DNA of 64,000 nt. It comes from Eledone cirrhosa (lineage: Eukaryota). The translations under genes and the position numbers were made by a program. The stretch lies in the NCBI GenBank assembly GCA_964016885.1, contig OZ024742.1, forward strand, positions 58,466,001-58,530,000, read 5' to 3'. The notes under the pieces were generated by a model, which saw only the letters and a list, made by a program, of their open reading frames with translations, made no database searches and was not told the DNA's origin. Shown here piece by piece: positions 1 through 13,163 of this stretch (within the stretch, counting starts at the first letter, position 1; each line of letters begins with the position of its first letter).

Positions 1-429
1 TATTTAAGACCTACTTTGTCCTTTATTACTAAATTTTCTGGGTTGGCAATTTTAAAAGGCAATCCTACAGAATGGCGTCGTAAATCGCTGGCAATAGAAA
101 TAAAATAAAAATCCTCAGTAAAATGAATTTAAAGTAATTATTTTGCTCATATCACTTAAATTACTTTTTATTTTAATGCTTATTTATAACAAAAAATTCA
201 CAAAGAAATCATATGGAATTTAGCAGAAAATCAGTTGCGTGTTTCATAACAACCTGGTTCTGGGTTTAGTCCCACAGCGCAGCACCTTGGGTTGACAAAT
301 GTGTAAAATTTAGTAGATGGAAACTGCAGACGTCTATTTAGTGTATATGCACCCCCGTGTTTATGCTCCGTAACACAAAAAAAAAAAAAAAAAAAAAAAA
401 AGAGATCGATAATATACTCTCAGGTCCCG

Positions 430-650
430 AATAATGATTTCTACTATAGGCACAGGGCCAGCAATTTTTGGGGCGGGGGAAAGTCGATCAGATCGACTCC
501 AGTGCATTTCTGGTGCTTTATTTTATCGACCCCGTAAGGATGAAAGACAAAGTTAACCTCGGTGGGATTTGAACTCAGATCATAAAGGGGCGTAACTATG
601 CTTCAAAGCATGGTGTCCGACGCTCTACCAATACTCCCAATCCACCGTCT
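430..650 (-). mobile_element. tRNA-derived SINE with Deu/Nin-like core (family S1)
   Basis: Minus strand: A-box-like head, B box GAGTTCAAATCC, core TTTCATCCTTACGGGGTCGATAAAATAAAG.ACCAG, tail ..TGTGCCTATAGTAGAAATCATTAT. Flanked by the near-direct repeat AGGTCCC(G/A)AATAA. Confidence 0.85.
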
Positions 651-677
651 AGGTCCCAAATAATAAGGGGGTAGAAT

Positions 678-958
678 CAGAGGGGTAACTAGGGCATGGA
701 AAGCATGGCACGTGCCACGGGCGTCACTTGGACTAGGAACACGTTTTATTAAAGTCAAATAAGTTTCGCCGGAGAGTGAAAAAAGAAACTCCTTAAATGT
801 GTGATCTGTCTCTTATTATCATGGGTGAGAACACTATGGTGGTTGAATCATTAAACCATTTATATAAATTATTAGGCTCATAGGTAAAAATACAGTGCTG
901 GACAGAGGCGGAATTTCACTGCTTCCCATAAGCGCTATTTTTCCATGTTATGCCTCTA
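678..958. mobile_element. Decayed hAT-type MITE
   Basis: The ends AGAGGGGTAAC... and ...GTTATGCCTCT are imperfect inverted repeats; no coding capacity. Confidence 0.35.
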
Positions 959-1261
959 GGTAGAATAAGTAGTGGGTTGGAAAATCGAAAATTTTTCTAG
1001 GTCGTCTCCTTGGATTTTTTAAAACCAGAATTAGTCGTTAAGTTTACACATTGAGACCTCAACCCATCCTATTTATTTCATAATGTATGAGATTTCTTGT
1101 AATGTTCTTTTTTTTATCATATATAATGTTTATCAATTTCTAAAGAAAATTCATTTTCGCAGGCAATGCTACCACTTAAAATAAAATTTCGCCGGAAATA
1201 AATTAGCAAAATTTAATAAACGGGACGATTATTCAAGACCCGAGAGTAAGTATAAGAATTA

Positions 1262-1402
1262 TTATAATAATAATAATGAAATTATTCTGTACAATGCTCA
1301 GGTGCACTACAACTCATCAAAGGTGCATGTATAGTACATAGAATAATGTACAAATGTCAGAAAAGTGAACAGTGTATGAGTCATGATATACATGTGTGCG
1401 TG
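1262..1402 (-). mobile_element. 3' tail fragment of the CR1 family seen at 8460-10780
   Basis: Closely matches 8462-8590 and ends in (ATT)n on the minus strand. Confidence 0.75.
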
Positions 1403-4056
1403 TTATGGGTTGATATGACCGTCACATGAAGGTGGTAAACCGGAATGGCCTCAGTCTAATGACTGAAACCAGTAAAACATGAAAAAGAGAAATATTAAAC
1501 CAATAAAAGAATAAAAGCATATATATTGGGGGAGGGGGGTTCAATTGGAAATTGTTTAAAATCTGTAACTGCCTGTCAAGTTTTCAATTCAGCTAAATAA
1601 ATAAAAAGCAGAATTTATGAAAGTTAGCGGCTTCATAGAATTTTTTTGAAAATAGAAAAATAGTCTGAATAATAGGACATATAAACCCCTTTAACGGAAA
1701 AAATAGACAGCACCAGCGGGCTTCGAACCCACTTCTTCATGCTTGTCGGGCTGATATGCTATCATTATACCTCTAACTTTCAAATTTCGCTCATCGTTTC
1801 TAAACACGTTCGTAGATAAAAACAATTTGAAGTGTTAATGTATTTTTTTTCTCTAAGACAGTAATGAGAACACGTAACGATGTAACGATGAATCAAGGAA
1901 CCGGATTAAGTAACTTTAGATTTCCTATACAATAAGACTGCCGGTAAAAGGGCGAAAAAGATCCGCCGTACACTCAATCTAATAATCTAAAATTTATGTT
2001 AACCATAAAAAAAAATCTAAATAAGATTTAAATAGTGTATTCGTTTTTTTAAAGTAAAAGATAATTATATAGACATGGTGGTTTTTACGAAAAGAACAAG
2101 TGCAGAAACTAACAATAACTGTGTCAGTAAAGACAACACCATCTCCGGTTACTTTACTTGCACGTTCACATTGCTAATGTCCTTGAGAAAGACATACATG
2201 CCACGCCATCACCTTCCCTATAAAACGCTTATTCTTTTATACAATCTAAAATAATTTTTTTTTTTCAGTTTTATTTTATTGTAGCTTGCCATTTTCGTAA
2301 GACAAAGCAAAACATGTTAATGCAAAACGGACATTACTTTTTTGTTTTTGTTTTGTTTAAATCTTTAATTATGATTAATATGTAATTGCAGTAAATGCAG
2401 GGAATCGAAACCGCCATCTAACTAATAATGCCTGAAGACGTCAGTATTACACACAAAAAAGCGATATAAAATATGTGAAAGCCATGTTGGTAAGCGATCT
2501 ACGTTGAATTTACTTCACAGCACAAAAAAATAAAATAATAATATATATATATATATAGTCGAGAAAGAAATCTTTACTGAAGAACTGGCATTTCTTTCTC
2601 TTTATTTTCTTCTCCCGAAGACTATTTGGGGATTTGTGCTATATGTCAAATCTGCATTAAAAAAATAAATAAAAAGAAAAAATAACTTTCACTTTACAGC
2701 AAGTCCTTGACATTAGTCAAGGTTAAGGTAAAAACCTTCATTGGAATAAAGTACTGCTCACATATCTAAGGCGATGTTGATACTATATTACGTTATCCAA
2801 ACTGATTGGTAAATATGTCTCGCAGACATTATTGCTTCTCGTCTACTATAATAACCGAACTACCGAGCTGCTGCATACCACTTCCATTCAAGGCCATACA
2901 TTGCACCTGAATCTCATCCCCTCTTTCTCTCTACTTACTCAATAAATCTAACACAAAGCACTTTCATAACCATTTCAGCAAAGAATGCATCCAGATGGTA
3001 TTTCCTTTTTCCCTATAGCAGTAACAATTTGCCCTGTGGTCGATCAAATTCACCATCTCTTCTCCGATAAATTAATTTTAAAATAATCCAGCTCTTTATT
3101 TAAACACAAACAGACATCACAACAAAAACACTAATTGTTTAACCGAAGGAAGTGTGCATGCCTTTTCTTTCTAATTTATATTGTTATATACTGTTTAAAA
3201 AACAACATAATTTTATTTATCAAACTCAGAAAAAAAAAGCCCTGTCAGATTATGAACAGATTGTGAATGCGAGTTGTCAGCTTTCTTAACCAAATACGAA
3301 GAACAAGAAATGTGATTTCGGTCGCCACAGGCATCCCTGTCCCTTTTTCCGTTTCCAAAGGCAATCCGATCTATTCAACTATGAGTTATAACTATCAATT
3401 ATTCGTCATAATTGCATTGTGGCTAACCTTTTCAAACTGAATAAAAACTTTTCTAAAAATCCCAATACTGCCTTATTTCTTAGAACATTAGGCAGTATTG
3501 AAATAGCTTCAATTATTTGAAAGAACATGAGGACGTCACCAGTTAAAAGAGGAGACAAAATGAGTGAAATATTTCATGAGATTCCGTTATGACTGTCTCG
3601 CACAGTCAATATAGATAGTTGAAAAGTTAACTGAAGACAACACCTAGGGGTTGTTTAAAATCTAAAAACAGCAAGCAAGAGAGATCACTCCAATAACATC
3701 AGCTGATCCAAATTTTTGGAAGATAAAGGCCATGCAGTTAGATTTTGTGTTTAAAGCCAACTGGGAGAAAAAGAAAAACGGATAAATTCTGATTTTGTTA
3801 CATCTAAACCAGTGAAACTTATCCACTTAATTTGGCCTTGGTGATATTGGAGTTATCTCGCTTGCTTGTTTTTGTCTTCAATTCCAGATATAAACTTCCC
3901 AACTCACTATATTACACACACACACATTGCACAGACCACACCTCGATGTATTTTTCCTCGGTCGTGGTGTGTGTGTGTGTGTAGAACGTAAACGGAAACA
4001 GCAATGCAAACAGTACAATGAAGAAATATATTAGTTTAACGCTCATGCAGATATAT

Positions 4057-4147
4057 TAAAACCATGTCCACACAGACCTATCAAGTAAAAAACAAAAACA
4101 ATAAAACCATGTCCACACAGACCTATCAAGTAAAAAACAAAAACAAT
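4057..4147. repeat. Tandem duplication of about 45 bp in TPI intron 1
   Basis: AAAACCATGTCCACACAGACCTATCAAGTAAAAAACAAAAACAAT occurs twice, head to tail. Confidence 0.9.
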
Positions 4148-5510
4148 ATGAAACATTATCTGTAATAGAGTTCGAGAAGTTGACGGAGACTAAACTTTCG
4201 ATTGAATCCCGCTTCTTGAACTTTATAATTTCATGACTATGAACGTTAACTTAGATCAGATGTGGTTGTTTATCCTTAGATCAGATGTGATTGAGTAGAT
4301 CTATGATCAAAATCATTCCAGCTATGGTTATCCCATCTTTTTATATGAGGGACCACACTGTCCAACGTATTCGAAATTTATAACAATAGGGTTATGCTTT
4401 AAGGGAGATTTTTGCTGCTATTTCTAGCAGGTCGAGCGACTGCGAAGAGTAGCAATGATTCTGAACATGGAACAATTTGAATATTGAGTTCGTGGGAGAA
4501 GAGGTAGTTTTTGTTTCTAAATTTCATACATCTTTATAACATCAAACATTTTTACATTGAGGGTGCGAAACTCCGAGAGTCCCTCTCCACTCAGTTTGCT
4601 AAAACAAAAACAAAAAAGGCGATTCCGACTGATTTGGAGGTCAGATTCGTTAGAAATACAGTAAAAAGGAAAAGGAACAATTTCCCAGGGAGCGGCTGAG
4701 GGGTGTTTTTCTGTAAATATCCCGAATCAAATACTTTGAGATGTGATGGTGGAACATGGGTTTAAAATGGTTAAGAACCGTTGGCGAAGAGTCTCCCCTC
4801 CTCGCTGGCTTGTGTAGTGCTACTGTGTGAGAAGCATATTTAACACACATAACTTTATATATATATAGACTGGTGCAGGACTAGACATATATATATATAT
4901 ATATATATAAGGGGAAGATATGGTGGAGCGTTTATCACTTTTGGAAAGATATTTAACGCAGATTGAAATGAAATGGCTACGGTAACGAAGAATTAATACG
5001 GGAATGTAGATCGATATCGTAACGGAATAACTTTATACTGAATCCCTACCCACCACCACCACCTTCCAGCCCCCAATGTCCACTGACAATGTGGTTCGAC
5101 TAAATACATCAGGATATTAACGTTTAGTTCTCTTCGTTGCAGGTTCAAATTCTGCCGGTACTGATAAAATAAAGTATAGTAATAAACCGATAGAACGCTG
5201 AAGTAGAAATCAACTAATTAAATCGTCTACGCCCTCCACCTCTAAATAAATTAACCTTGAGACTCTGAAAGAATCTTTACACACACACAAAGAACTAAGT
5301 AAATATGAAAAATACTTTAAAAAGATAAAACATGGTCGTTTTCTTAATGTAACATGTTTGAAAAAGAAAAACAGTTCCGTATTTACACAAATGAATAAAT
5401 AAATATGTGTGTGCTTATAAGGACACCGAGAGCATACTTCTTTCCTTTACCTTTTCTATGGAAATACTTAACACACACACAATATATATATATATATATA
5501 TATTTTTTTT

Positions 5511-5693
5511 TTCAATGATATTAAATAAATGGAAACTATATTTATAAAACCATAAAATATGGTTTTATAAATATAGTTTCCATTTATTTAATATCATTGA
5601 ATATTATACTCCAGAAAACTTGTCGAGTGCTTTGAATCAGTTATAAACATTTATATTTGTTGAATTACCAACAAATTAAATATCCCCTTTGCT
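5511..5693 (+). mobile_element. PLE terminal fragment with a perfect fold-back hairpin (44-bp arms, 5511-5601)
   Basis: Perfect palindrome with a 3-nt loop, flanked by (TA)n. The body resembles the reverse complement of 32539-32668, which adjoins a hammerhead motif. Confidence 0.65.
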
Positions 5694-5852
5694 TATATAT
5701 ATATATATATATATAAACGGTTGAACAAATGTCCGTGAACATTTGAATATTTATTATAGCAATCAATCAATCGATAAATAAACAGAACAGTTAAACACAA
5801 AAATCTGTTTAGATTGTAACGGTTAGAAGATGATTCAATGTTGAGTAGAAAG

Positions 5853-5904
<52 letters not shown>

Positions 5905-5988
5905 AATACAGTATATAGAGAAGAAAACCCCCAAAAGTATGTTTTCAATTACGTGGGGTGAAGAACTATATATATATACTAAACTAAC

Positions 5989-6097
5989 CTGTGTCAGCAT
6001 TGATAGGTCCGGCATTCATAAATGCAACAATTGTATCAATACTTTTCTTGTTGCCATTTAATTTCCAGTTGCCTCCAACGAAGAATTTTCTGCCCAT
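5989..6097 (-). CDS. TPI: Triosephosphate isomerase, first coding exon (gene continues leftwards, probably out of the window)
   Basis: The minus strand from ATG at 6097 reads [36 protein letters not shown] plus one G, then a GTTAGT donor. FVGGNWK carries the TPI catalytic Lys, and a phase-1 intron after ..DT|E is the conserved animal TPI intron 1 position. I did not find exon 2 (EVV..PP..Y / AQNC / GAFTGE) in 1-5988. Confidence 0.95.
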
Positions 6098-6338
6098 GAT
6101 GTTTCTTCTCTTTTAAAACAGTTAACAATGGTTGAGGAATCAGACTGTATTTTTAAGCGACTGTCGTGATAGAGAGAGGAGGACAGAATGAGAGAAATGC
6201 TCTTGCTCGAGCAGAGAGAGGAAGACAGAATGAGAGAGATACTGTATCGAAGACAGAGAGGGGAGGTGAGAGAGATACTGTATCTCAGAGAGAACAAAGT
6301 AAGAGAGAGTGTTGCTCAGACAGCGAGGAGGCAGAGTA

Positions 6339-6380
<42 letters not shown>

Positions 6381-6479
6381 AGAGAGAAAGTGGCAAAAGC
6401 AGGATGAGGAGAACTCAGTGAAGAAGAGAGAGTGACAGAGAGTGAATGTTACTGAAGGAGAGACTGAGGGGTGTGTGTG

Positions 6480-6525
6480 ACAAGGTCGTTTGACGCTGAA
6501 CGTCCTTGACGTCTTATCAAGGTCA
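6480..6525. promoter_or_regulatory. Cluster of nuclear-receptor extended half-sites (ERR/SF-1 type) upstream of TPI
   Basis: Perfect TCAAGGTCA at 6517-6525, ACAAGGTCG at 6480-6488 and GTCCTTGA (reverse TCAAGGAC) at about 6502-6509, roughly 400 bp upstream of the TPI ATG. Confidence 0.4.
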
Positions 6526-8271
6526 AATTTATAAATAAAATTACCGATAATATTCAAAGGTAGGCAACATAGACCTAGACCAGATTTTTAATATTAAGAT
6601 GGTCAGACAAACTCAGAGAAAAGAAAAATCGCTTTTTGAAATTTAAATATAAAAAAAGAGGAAGAAATTACAAGCCTAAAACTATATTAAATAATAAAAT
6701 GAAAAATGCGAAAATATTTAAACATAAATGTTTATATTATATTCTCTCGTGATTTAAGTGATCTGGTTTTACGAACCCCCTTCCCTCAAAGTCATTATTA
6801 TCAACTTCAGTTTCGTCAACCTCGTCACCATTAGTCTCAATTTCATTATAATCAATTTTAATTTCGTTATCGTCAACTCCAATGTCCTTACTGAACGATG
6901 GAGCCAACTTTTATTATTATTATTATGAAGAGCGAAACATTAACACCGATGATTACTTGTAGATTGTTTTGTATAAAGAAATTTTCGTACTCTACATTCC
7001 CGTAAATACACAGTTTATTTACAGTAAAACTACATACTATACTATATGCAACACGAGAAAGACAAAAATGAATTACACCGATTTAACGTTTTATTCATTA
7101 TTCACATTTCTCAACTCACTTCACATATTCCTTTTAAAAAATCATCACATTCGTCTTCAGTGAACAAAATCAGCGCTGTGTTGATTAAGAATATTTCGGT
7201 CTCCTCCTTTGCTTCGCGACTCAGAGGCAATATCATTCTTTTCTGACATCCCTCTTCAATTATCTTCTCTCATCTCTCCAGTTACCCATCCCCGCCGACG
7301 TTGAACACACAGTCCCCCGTGGATGACACGAAACATCTCCGTGACCAAATCAAATGCATGTGCTGTCTTCAAACGACACAGTCCTCCAGCCCTCACCGGT
7401 GGTCCTAGTCACTTTCCACCTGAAACAGCCAAACCTCCCGAACGATATTAGAGACATCGAAACTCCAATGAGAACATGATAGCTGCTCTTAGATTTTTCC
7501 AGTATAAGAATGCCTGGAGACCAAACAAGCTAAGTTAGGAAGGATAACAGAAATTGCGCCTCATCAGACCGCATTCTACACCCTTCTTTCCGAGGAACTG
7601 TTTAGCAATAGGCGAAACTCCCTGTGAGGTTCGGAGGCATTAAATGACATCATCAGCCAGCTTCCCATCACAACCGGAGCCTGTCGGCTTTGGAAGAGAG
7701 AATAATCCTTTTCCAATTCAAAGGGAGGCAAATCTCTCTAAGATTGGTAAATTTATAGAACATCTCCACCCCCTCGATTTCAGTGGGGGAAAATGTTTTT
7801 TCCTTATTTTGTTTTTTCTTTGTGTGTGCTATCAACTAATATAACTTCTAATATGCTTGCAATCGACTTTTTTCCAGGACAACGTAGGGGATGGAGTAGT
7901 CGCCTCTCCCATTTTCGGAGTTTTCTTTACGATTTTTATTTCACGTGTTATCCACGAATATGACCTCCGAACCAGTCAGAAACGACTAGCTTTCTAGGAA
8001 AAGGAGAGGGAAAGACCATCGGAATTTCGCAGATCTACCCACCGCCCTCTCGTTTGGTGAGAAATTTTTTTTTTTTTTCGTGCGTTATCAACAAATTTGG
8101 CCTCGAAGATGTTCGCATTTGACCCTTTTACCTCTGGAAAACAGAAACCATTACCATAACCCTAACAATAACTCTAAACCTTAACCCTAATCTGTGGAAA
8201 AAATGTCGATTGTCAGCATCTTTAAGGTCCGATGTAGATCTGCGAAATTCCGATCGATTTAAAATAATAAT

Positions 8272-8453
8272 TGTTTCTACTATTGGCACAAGGCCAGCAA
8301 TAACCTAGTACATTACTGGTACTTTATTTTATCGACCCTGTAAGGATGAAAGGCAAAGTGAACCTCGGCGGGATTTGAACTCACACTATAAAGGGGCGTA
8401 ACTCTATGCTGCAAAGTATGGCGTCCAACCTTCTACTGATACTGCCAATCCGC
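8272..8453 (-). mobile_element. S1 SINE with a target-site duplication (TSD) of about 17 bp
   Basis: Same head and core as 430-650; flanked by CGATTTAAAATAATAAT on both sides. Confidence 0.85.
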
Positions 8454-8459
8454 GATTTA

Positions 8460-10780
8460 AAATAATAATGAAAATTATTGTGCACAGTGCTCATAAGGTG
8501 CGTGTATAGTACATAGAATAATGTACAAATGTCAGGAAAGTGAACGATGTATGAGTCACGATATGCACAGACACATACACATGCGTGTGTGTGTATGGCG
8601 GGGGAATATCAGGTGTAGTGTTGGTAAATTTAGGGAAGCATGGAAGTGTTGAAGGATACAGTGTCCTGACAGCTAACAACTGATGCAGGTAGTTTTTTCC
8701 ATGCTTTAGCAACTCTGAGCGTGAAAAAATGTTTCCGAAAGACATGGGAGCTGTACTGTTTTCTGATTTTGTAAATATGTCCGAGGTGTTAGACACATGG
8801 GATTCAAAAAGGTGCTCAGGGTTGTTATTGGCAAGATGGTTAATAATCTTGTGGGTATCTACCAAGTCAGTTACCAGACGTCGGGGGCTTTAATGCATCC
8901 ATACCTAGGAAAGCTAGGCGTTCGAAGTATGGTAGACGCCTGATGGAGGGTATTCGTTTGGTTGCACCTCTCTGAACAATTTCCAGGAGATCAATATTCT
9001 GAGCAAGATAGGGGTTCCAGGCTGGTGATGCAAATTCTAAGTGTGGACGCACCATAACTATATACAGATTTAAATAGACTAGCAGAAAAACCAACCTAGG
9101 GTTGTTTTCTGCTAGCATGTGTCGTGTGTATATTGATATTATACATGTAGATATGATACATCAAATAAAATCGTAATTGACAATATACACAGAAATTGAA
9201 TGAAGTCTATGTTACACTGTCTTCTGTAATCAGTAAAATAATCCATGATACATTTAAAAAAGACGATATTATATATAAACTGAATTAGGAGAAAATTAGC
9301 GACGGAAATATATGCGATATTTTTATAAGTGTTATAATATAATGGCCGCTAACCGGAAGTGTTGACATTTGAAAATTTTAAGGAAGTGAATCTTTAAATA
9401 AGCTATAAAATATATTTAATCAACAGCCACGAAATTTAGCACATAAATTATGTAATATTCATTCATTATTTATTCAAATTAATCCAACTTATTTTACAAA
9501 CGGGGCAAAAAGATATATTCTGGACGCAGTCCCGCACTCCTTTCTTTATTATAGTTAAGATAGCTGGAGAGCGGCTGACAAAGGTCTTACTGAGTGATGC
9601 TAAGACACCCTCAGCCTTCTTGATAATTTTAGAGATGTGCTTTGTCCAACGTAAATTATTGTTGACAATAATGCCCAGGTCACGTTCACAAGAAGACATC
9701 TTGAGATAGGTATTGTGAAGGAAGTATGTGAACGCTGCCCCCCCCCCCCCAATGCATGGTGGTACTCGTGTCCTCAGCCAGCTTGAGTTGCCAGTCCGTA
9801 ATCCATTGCTGCGTTGTGTCCAGGTCTGATTGCAGGAAAGATCGTACAGGATCTGTCCTTTTTATCTAAAGTTTGGCATCTATGTCATTAATATATGCAA
9901 CAAACAAAAGGGGACCAAGAACAGATCCCTTTGGTACACCAGATGTCATCTCATAGAATGAAGAATGCTGTCCTAGTACCGTGACTACCTTTTTTTCGAC
10001 TGAAAATGAAGGACTTCAATCAGTTATAAAGATTATCTCTCACATCCATTGCAGAGAGTTTTGCCATAAGTCTTTTGTGTGGCATAGAACCACCATTAGC
10101 GATTCGGGTAATATCTTCAAGAAACTTGATGAGTTGATCACAGCAGCTGGAGTAAGGGATAAATTCAAATTGCGAGGGTCGGATAAGGCTGTGAGAGTTC
10201 CAGAAGTTCCAGAGTGTTTCTCTGACACAGGACTCCATCAGTTTGGCGTTGCTGTAAGTAAGACTGACTGGACAATAGTTGACAGGCGACGTGCAATCAC
10301 CTTTTTTGAACAGAAGAATGACAATGGCAGTTTTCCACTGCTCTGGGGTAACATTGTTGTTAAGGCAGAATTAAAACAAGAGTGAAAACTGGAACAGAAG
10401 AAAGTACCCACCACGCTTGAGAAACAGGTACGTAACACCATCAAGGCCAGGAGAGGCATAGTTGCGCTTATTCTTAAGGTGGCGTTGCAATATTGCAGGT
10501 GTAATTGTTGCTACAGAATATGTCAGAGGTAGTGGAGATGGTATATTTTGATTTTCGACAGTAAAAATGCCTGCATAGCTTTCAGCAATAAATTCTGCGC
10601 ATTCTTTGGGATCGTCACTAATCTGGCCTGTGTGGGGATTGCGAAGAGGACCAACTGGAAAGTGATGTCTCTGCTTTGAACGTACATGTTTCCAGAACAC
10701 TTTGTTGTCAGGGTTGGTTGCTATACACTGTTCAAGCACTGCTTTTTTGCCACCTGCTTGAGATGGTTAGATGATCTATT
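8460..10780 (-). mobile_element. Decayed, 5'-truncated CR1-clade LINE (RT to 3' end), interrupted by a Helitron
   Basis: Frameshifted fragments: SPGLDGVT, GVPKGSVLGPLLFVAYIND, ERDLGIIVNNNLRWTKHI, VRPHLEFASPAWNPY..IDLLEIVQRGATK..LPYFERL. Ends in an (ATT)n tail. Confidence 0.85.
9079..9560 (-). mobile_element. Non-autonomous Helitron inserted in the CR1
   Basis: The minus strand starts TCTTAACTATAATAAAG and ends in a hairpin plus CTAG. It sits between host A and T with no TSD, and removing it rejoins the CR1 peptide (..VSRSPAI/YLNLY..). Confidence 0.85.
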
Positions 10781-11075
10781 GCGCCTTTTTTCTATTTTCC
10801 GCCTCCTTTCTCCTTCCTTGTTTTTTTTTTTATAAAGCTAGTTGTTCCCGATTGTTTTGGAAGTCATATTCGTTGATAATTTACGAAAAAAAAAAAATGA
10901 TAGGGAAAACTCCGAAAAGGGGGGGGGGGGTATCCGGGGGAAGGGGGGACATTCCCCTCCATTTTCCTGGGGGGAAATGTCGATTGCGAGCATCTTACAG
11001 ATTAGATTAGTTGATAACACAAAAAGAGGAACAAATATTTCCTACTGAAATCGAAGCGGATGTTCTATAATAATG

Positions 11076-11497
11076 AATTTTTTTTATATAGGCACAAGGC
11101 CAGCAATTTTTGGGGAAGGGAAAGGCGATTAAATCAACCCCAATGCGCGACTGGTACTTTATTTTATCGATCCCGTAAGGATGAAAGGCAAAGTTAACCT
11201 CGGCGGGATTTGAACACAGAACGGGGAGGATGGTGTCCGACGCTCTACCGATACTGCCAATCCACCGCCCTACGGGTGTTCCCAGATAATGGTTTCTTAT
11301 ATAGACACAAGGCCAGCAATTTTTTTTTGTGGGGGGGCACAGTCGATTAAATCGACTCCAGTGCGTGACTGGTATAAATAGTAATTGTTTCTACTCTTGG
11401 CACAAGGTAAACAATTACACCAGTACATTACTGGTACTATGTTTTACCGACCCCGTAAGGATGAAAGGCAAAGTTGACCATGACGGTATTTGAACTC
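11076..11497 (-). mobile_element. Stack of two to three S1 SINE copies at one target site
   Basis: Successive S1 tails and cores separated by the recurring flank G(A/G)TGTTC(TATA/CCAG)ATAAT at about 11059, 11274 and 11499. Confidence 0.75.
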
Positions 11498-12059
11498 AGG
11501 TGTTCTATAATAATACCCTAAGATATTACGGGCTGCAACTCGTTCTCCGTCTCCAACCTTATCGCTTCGGCCACAAACCTAGGTAAAACCGTAACACAGA
11601 TGAGCGAAAAGTAATTAAATACCGAGACAGGACCTGACTGACCACTTCCTTTTTGCGTCGGTTGCTTCAAATACCTCTGGTGTCCTCGGTCTCGGCCAGC
11701 CGTTTTCTTCCACATAATTGGGAAGTGTAATCCCGTCCGAAGAAGGAGTCCCATGGGGTGGAGTGGCTGATGCAGCGGGTGTCGCTTGTTGTTCTATGCA
11801 GTAACGCTTTCGGTATCTTGTCTGCGAGGTACAGCTGGAATATACCGCCTGTCTCTTTCCTCTTTCCCTTTCTAAAAATTATTTATTTTAAAATATATCT
11901 TTATTTTACTTTCTTCCTGTTTATTATGCGCAATATTTATGTAAATAAAATTTTATTCTCTCGTTTAGTTAGTTTTGTTACATCGTTGACCGAAAAAAAT
12001 AACAGAGTTATTCCCCTTGCATTTATTCACAATTTTTCGTGAAGCATTAAGCTGACAAC

Positions 12060-12247
12060 CGGTGAATTGGCAGTATCGGTAGAGGGTTGGACGCCATGCT
12101 TTCTAGCATAGTTACGTCCCTTTACAGTCTGAGTTCAAATCCCGCCAAGGTTAACTTTGCCTTTCATCCTTACGGGGTCGATAAAATAAAGTACCAGTGA
12201 TGTACTGGGTAATTGCTGGCCTTGTGCTTAAAGTAGAAATAATTATT
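12060..12247 (+). mobile_element. S1 SINE
   Basis: TGGCAGTATCGGTAG A box, GAGTTCAAATCC B box, Deu/Nin-like core. Further full or partial copies at about 19698-19782 (15-bp TSD TCTTACATAAAATTA), 41875-41950, 44365-44430, 45705-45782, 53540-53645, 55935-56158, 58778-58970 and 59097-59222. Confidence 0.85.
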
Positions 12248-12859
12248 TCTGCTATCTTATATAGTAGTTTATATGTGTAACAGATGGGATAATTTTATTC
12301 ACTGTTGTATAAATAACATTACAAATTGTTCACAATTCTTTCAGAATGAAAATATAAACACATAATAAATACAATTAACTATGAACCTTACAAATACAAT
12401 GTACCAAAATATATGATCAAAGCAAGAGAAAGAAAAAGAAAGGGGAACAAAAACAAAAACGACCAACAATTCACAACCAAATGCGACAATCGACCATGCA
12501 TGACATAGATCAACGGAAATTTTTTAAAGCCTAATTACGGTTTAGGGACCCCCCTCCCCTACACACACACATAATACTCGACTTTATTTCCTCATAGCTT
12601 TCTTATTAATGCCTATATGCATGAAATTTTACAGATATATGATTTCAAAGCACTAGAATATTTATTCAGATTAAAATAAATATATATTTATATTTTTTTC
12701 GCAATTCAGAGTCGTTGAAATGTCATTACGTTGTCATGTAAAATCTATGATTCAAAGACAAAATAAAATTGGAAGGCAGGATAAAAAAAAAAAAACCATG
12801 TTAATTACAACAAACTCAGAAAAGTATTCAGTAATAAAAGCATTAACGAACGGAAGGAA

Positions 12860-13163
12860 ATTGACACTCTCTCGGTTACGACGACGAGTGTTCCAGTTAA
12901 TTCGATTAAAAGAACAGCCTGCTCGTGAAATTAACGTGCAAGTAACCGAACATCCACAGACACGTGTACCCTTAACGTAGTTCTCGTGGAGATTCAGCAT
13001 GACACAGAATATGACAAGGCTAGCTCATCGAATTACAGGTACAACACATTTTTGCCAGCTGAGTGAACTGGAGCAGCGTGAAATAAAGTGTCTTGCTCAG
13101 GGATACAATGCGCTGCCGGGAATCGAACTCACAACCATACGATCATTAACCATGCACCTTCAC
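12860..13163 (-). mobile_element. tRNA-derived SINE family S2 (core CCTGAGCAAGACACTTTATTTCAC, non-RTE tail)
   Basis: B box GAGTTCGATTCCC and a V/Meta-SINE-like core. A diverged copy lies on the + strand at about 52365-52640. Confidence 0.75.

Larger units (their letters stand above)
7815..11040. repeat. Diverged inverted repeat pair of about 200 bp (7815-8010 and about 10810-11040) enclosing the CR1 insertion
   Basis: Shared blocks ATCAACTAAT, GCAATCGAC, TTTTCGGAGTTTTC, CGAATATGAC and ACTAGCTTT in opposite orientations. A smaller perfect inverted repeat ATCGGAATTTCGCAGATCTAC lies at 8018-8038 / 8234-8254. Confidence 0.6.

Noticed and set aside
1708-1778. tRNA-like sequence on the minus strand with a GGTTCGAAGCCC B box
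   Set aside because: The cloverleaf stems do not pair properly; probably a SINE head or tRNA relic.
1-5988. Further TPI exons
   Set aside because: No AQNC, GAFTGE or GHSERR coding sequence found on the minus strand. The ACTGGTGAC at about 3534-3542 does not extend into TPI sequence.
6733-6908. Acidic open frame on the minus strand (DDNEIKIDYNEIETNGDEVDETEVD)
   Set aside because: No start or good acceptor; consistent with a decayed trinucleotide-like repeat.
11518-11850. GC-richer island with open frames
   Set aside because: No recognisable protein motif or convincing splice sites; left unannotated.
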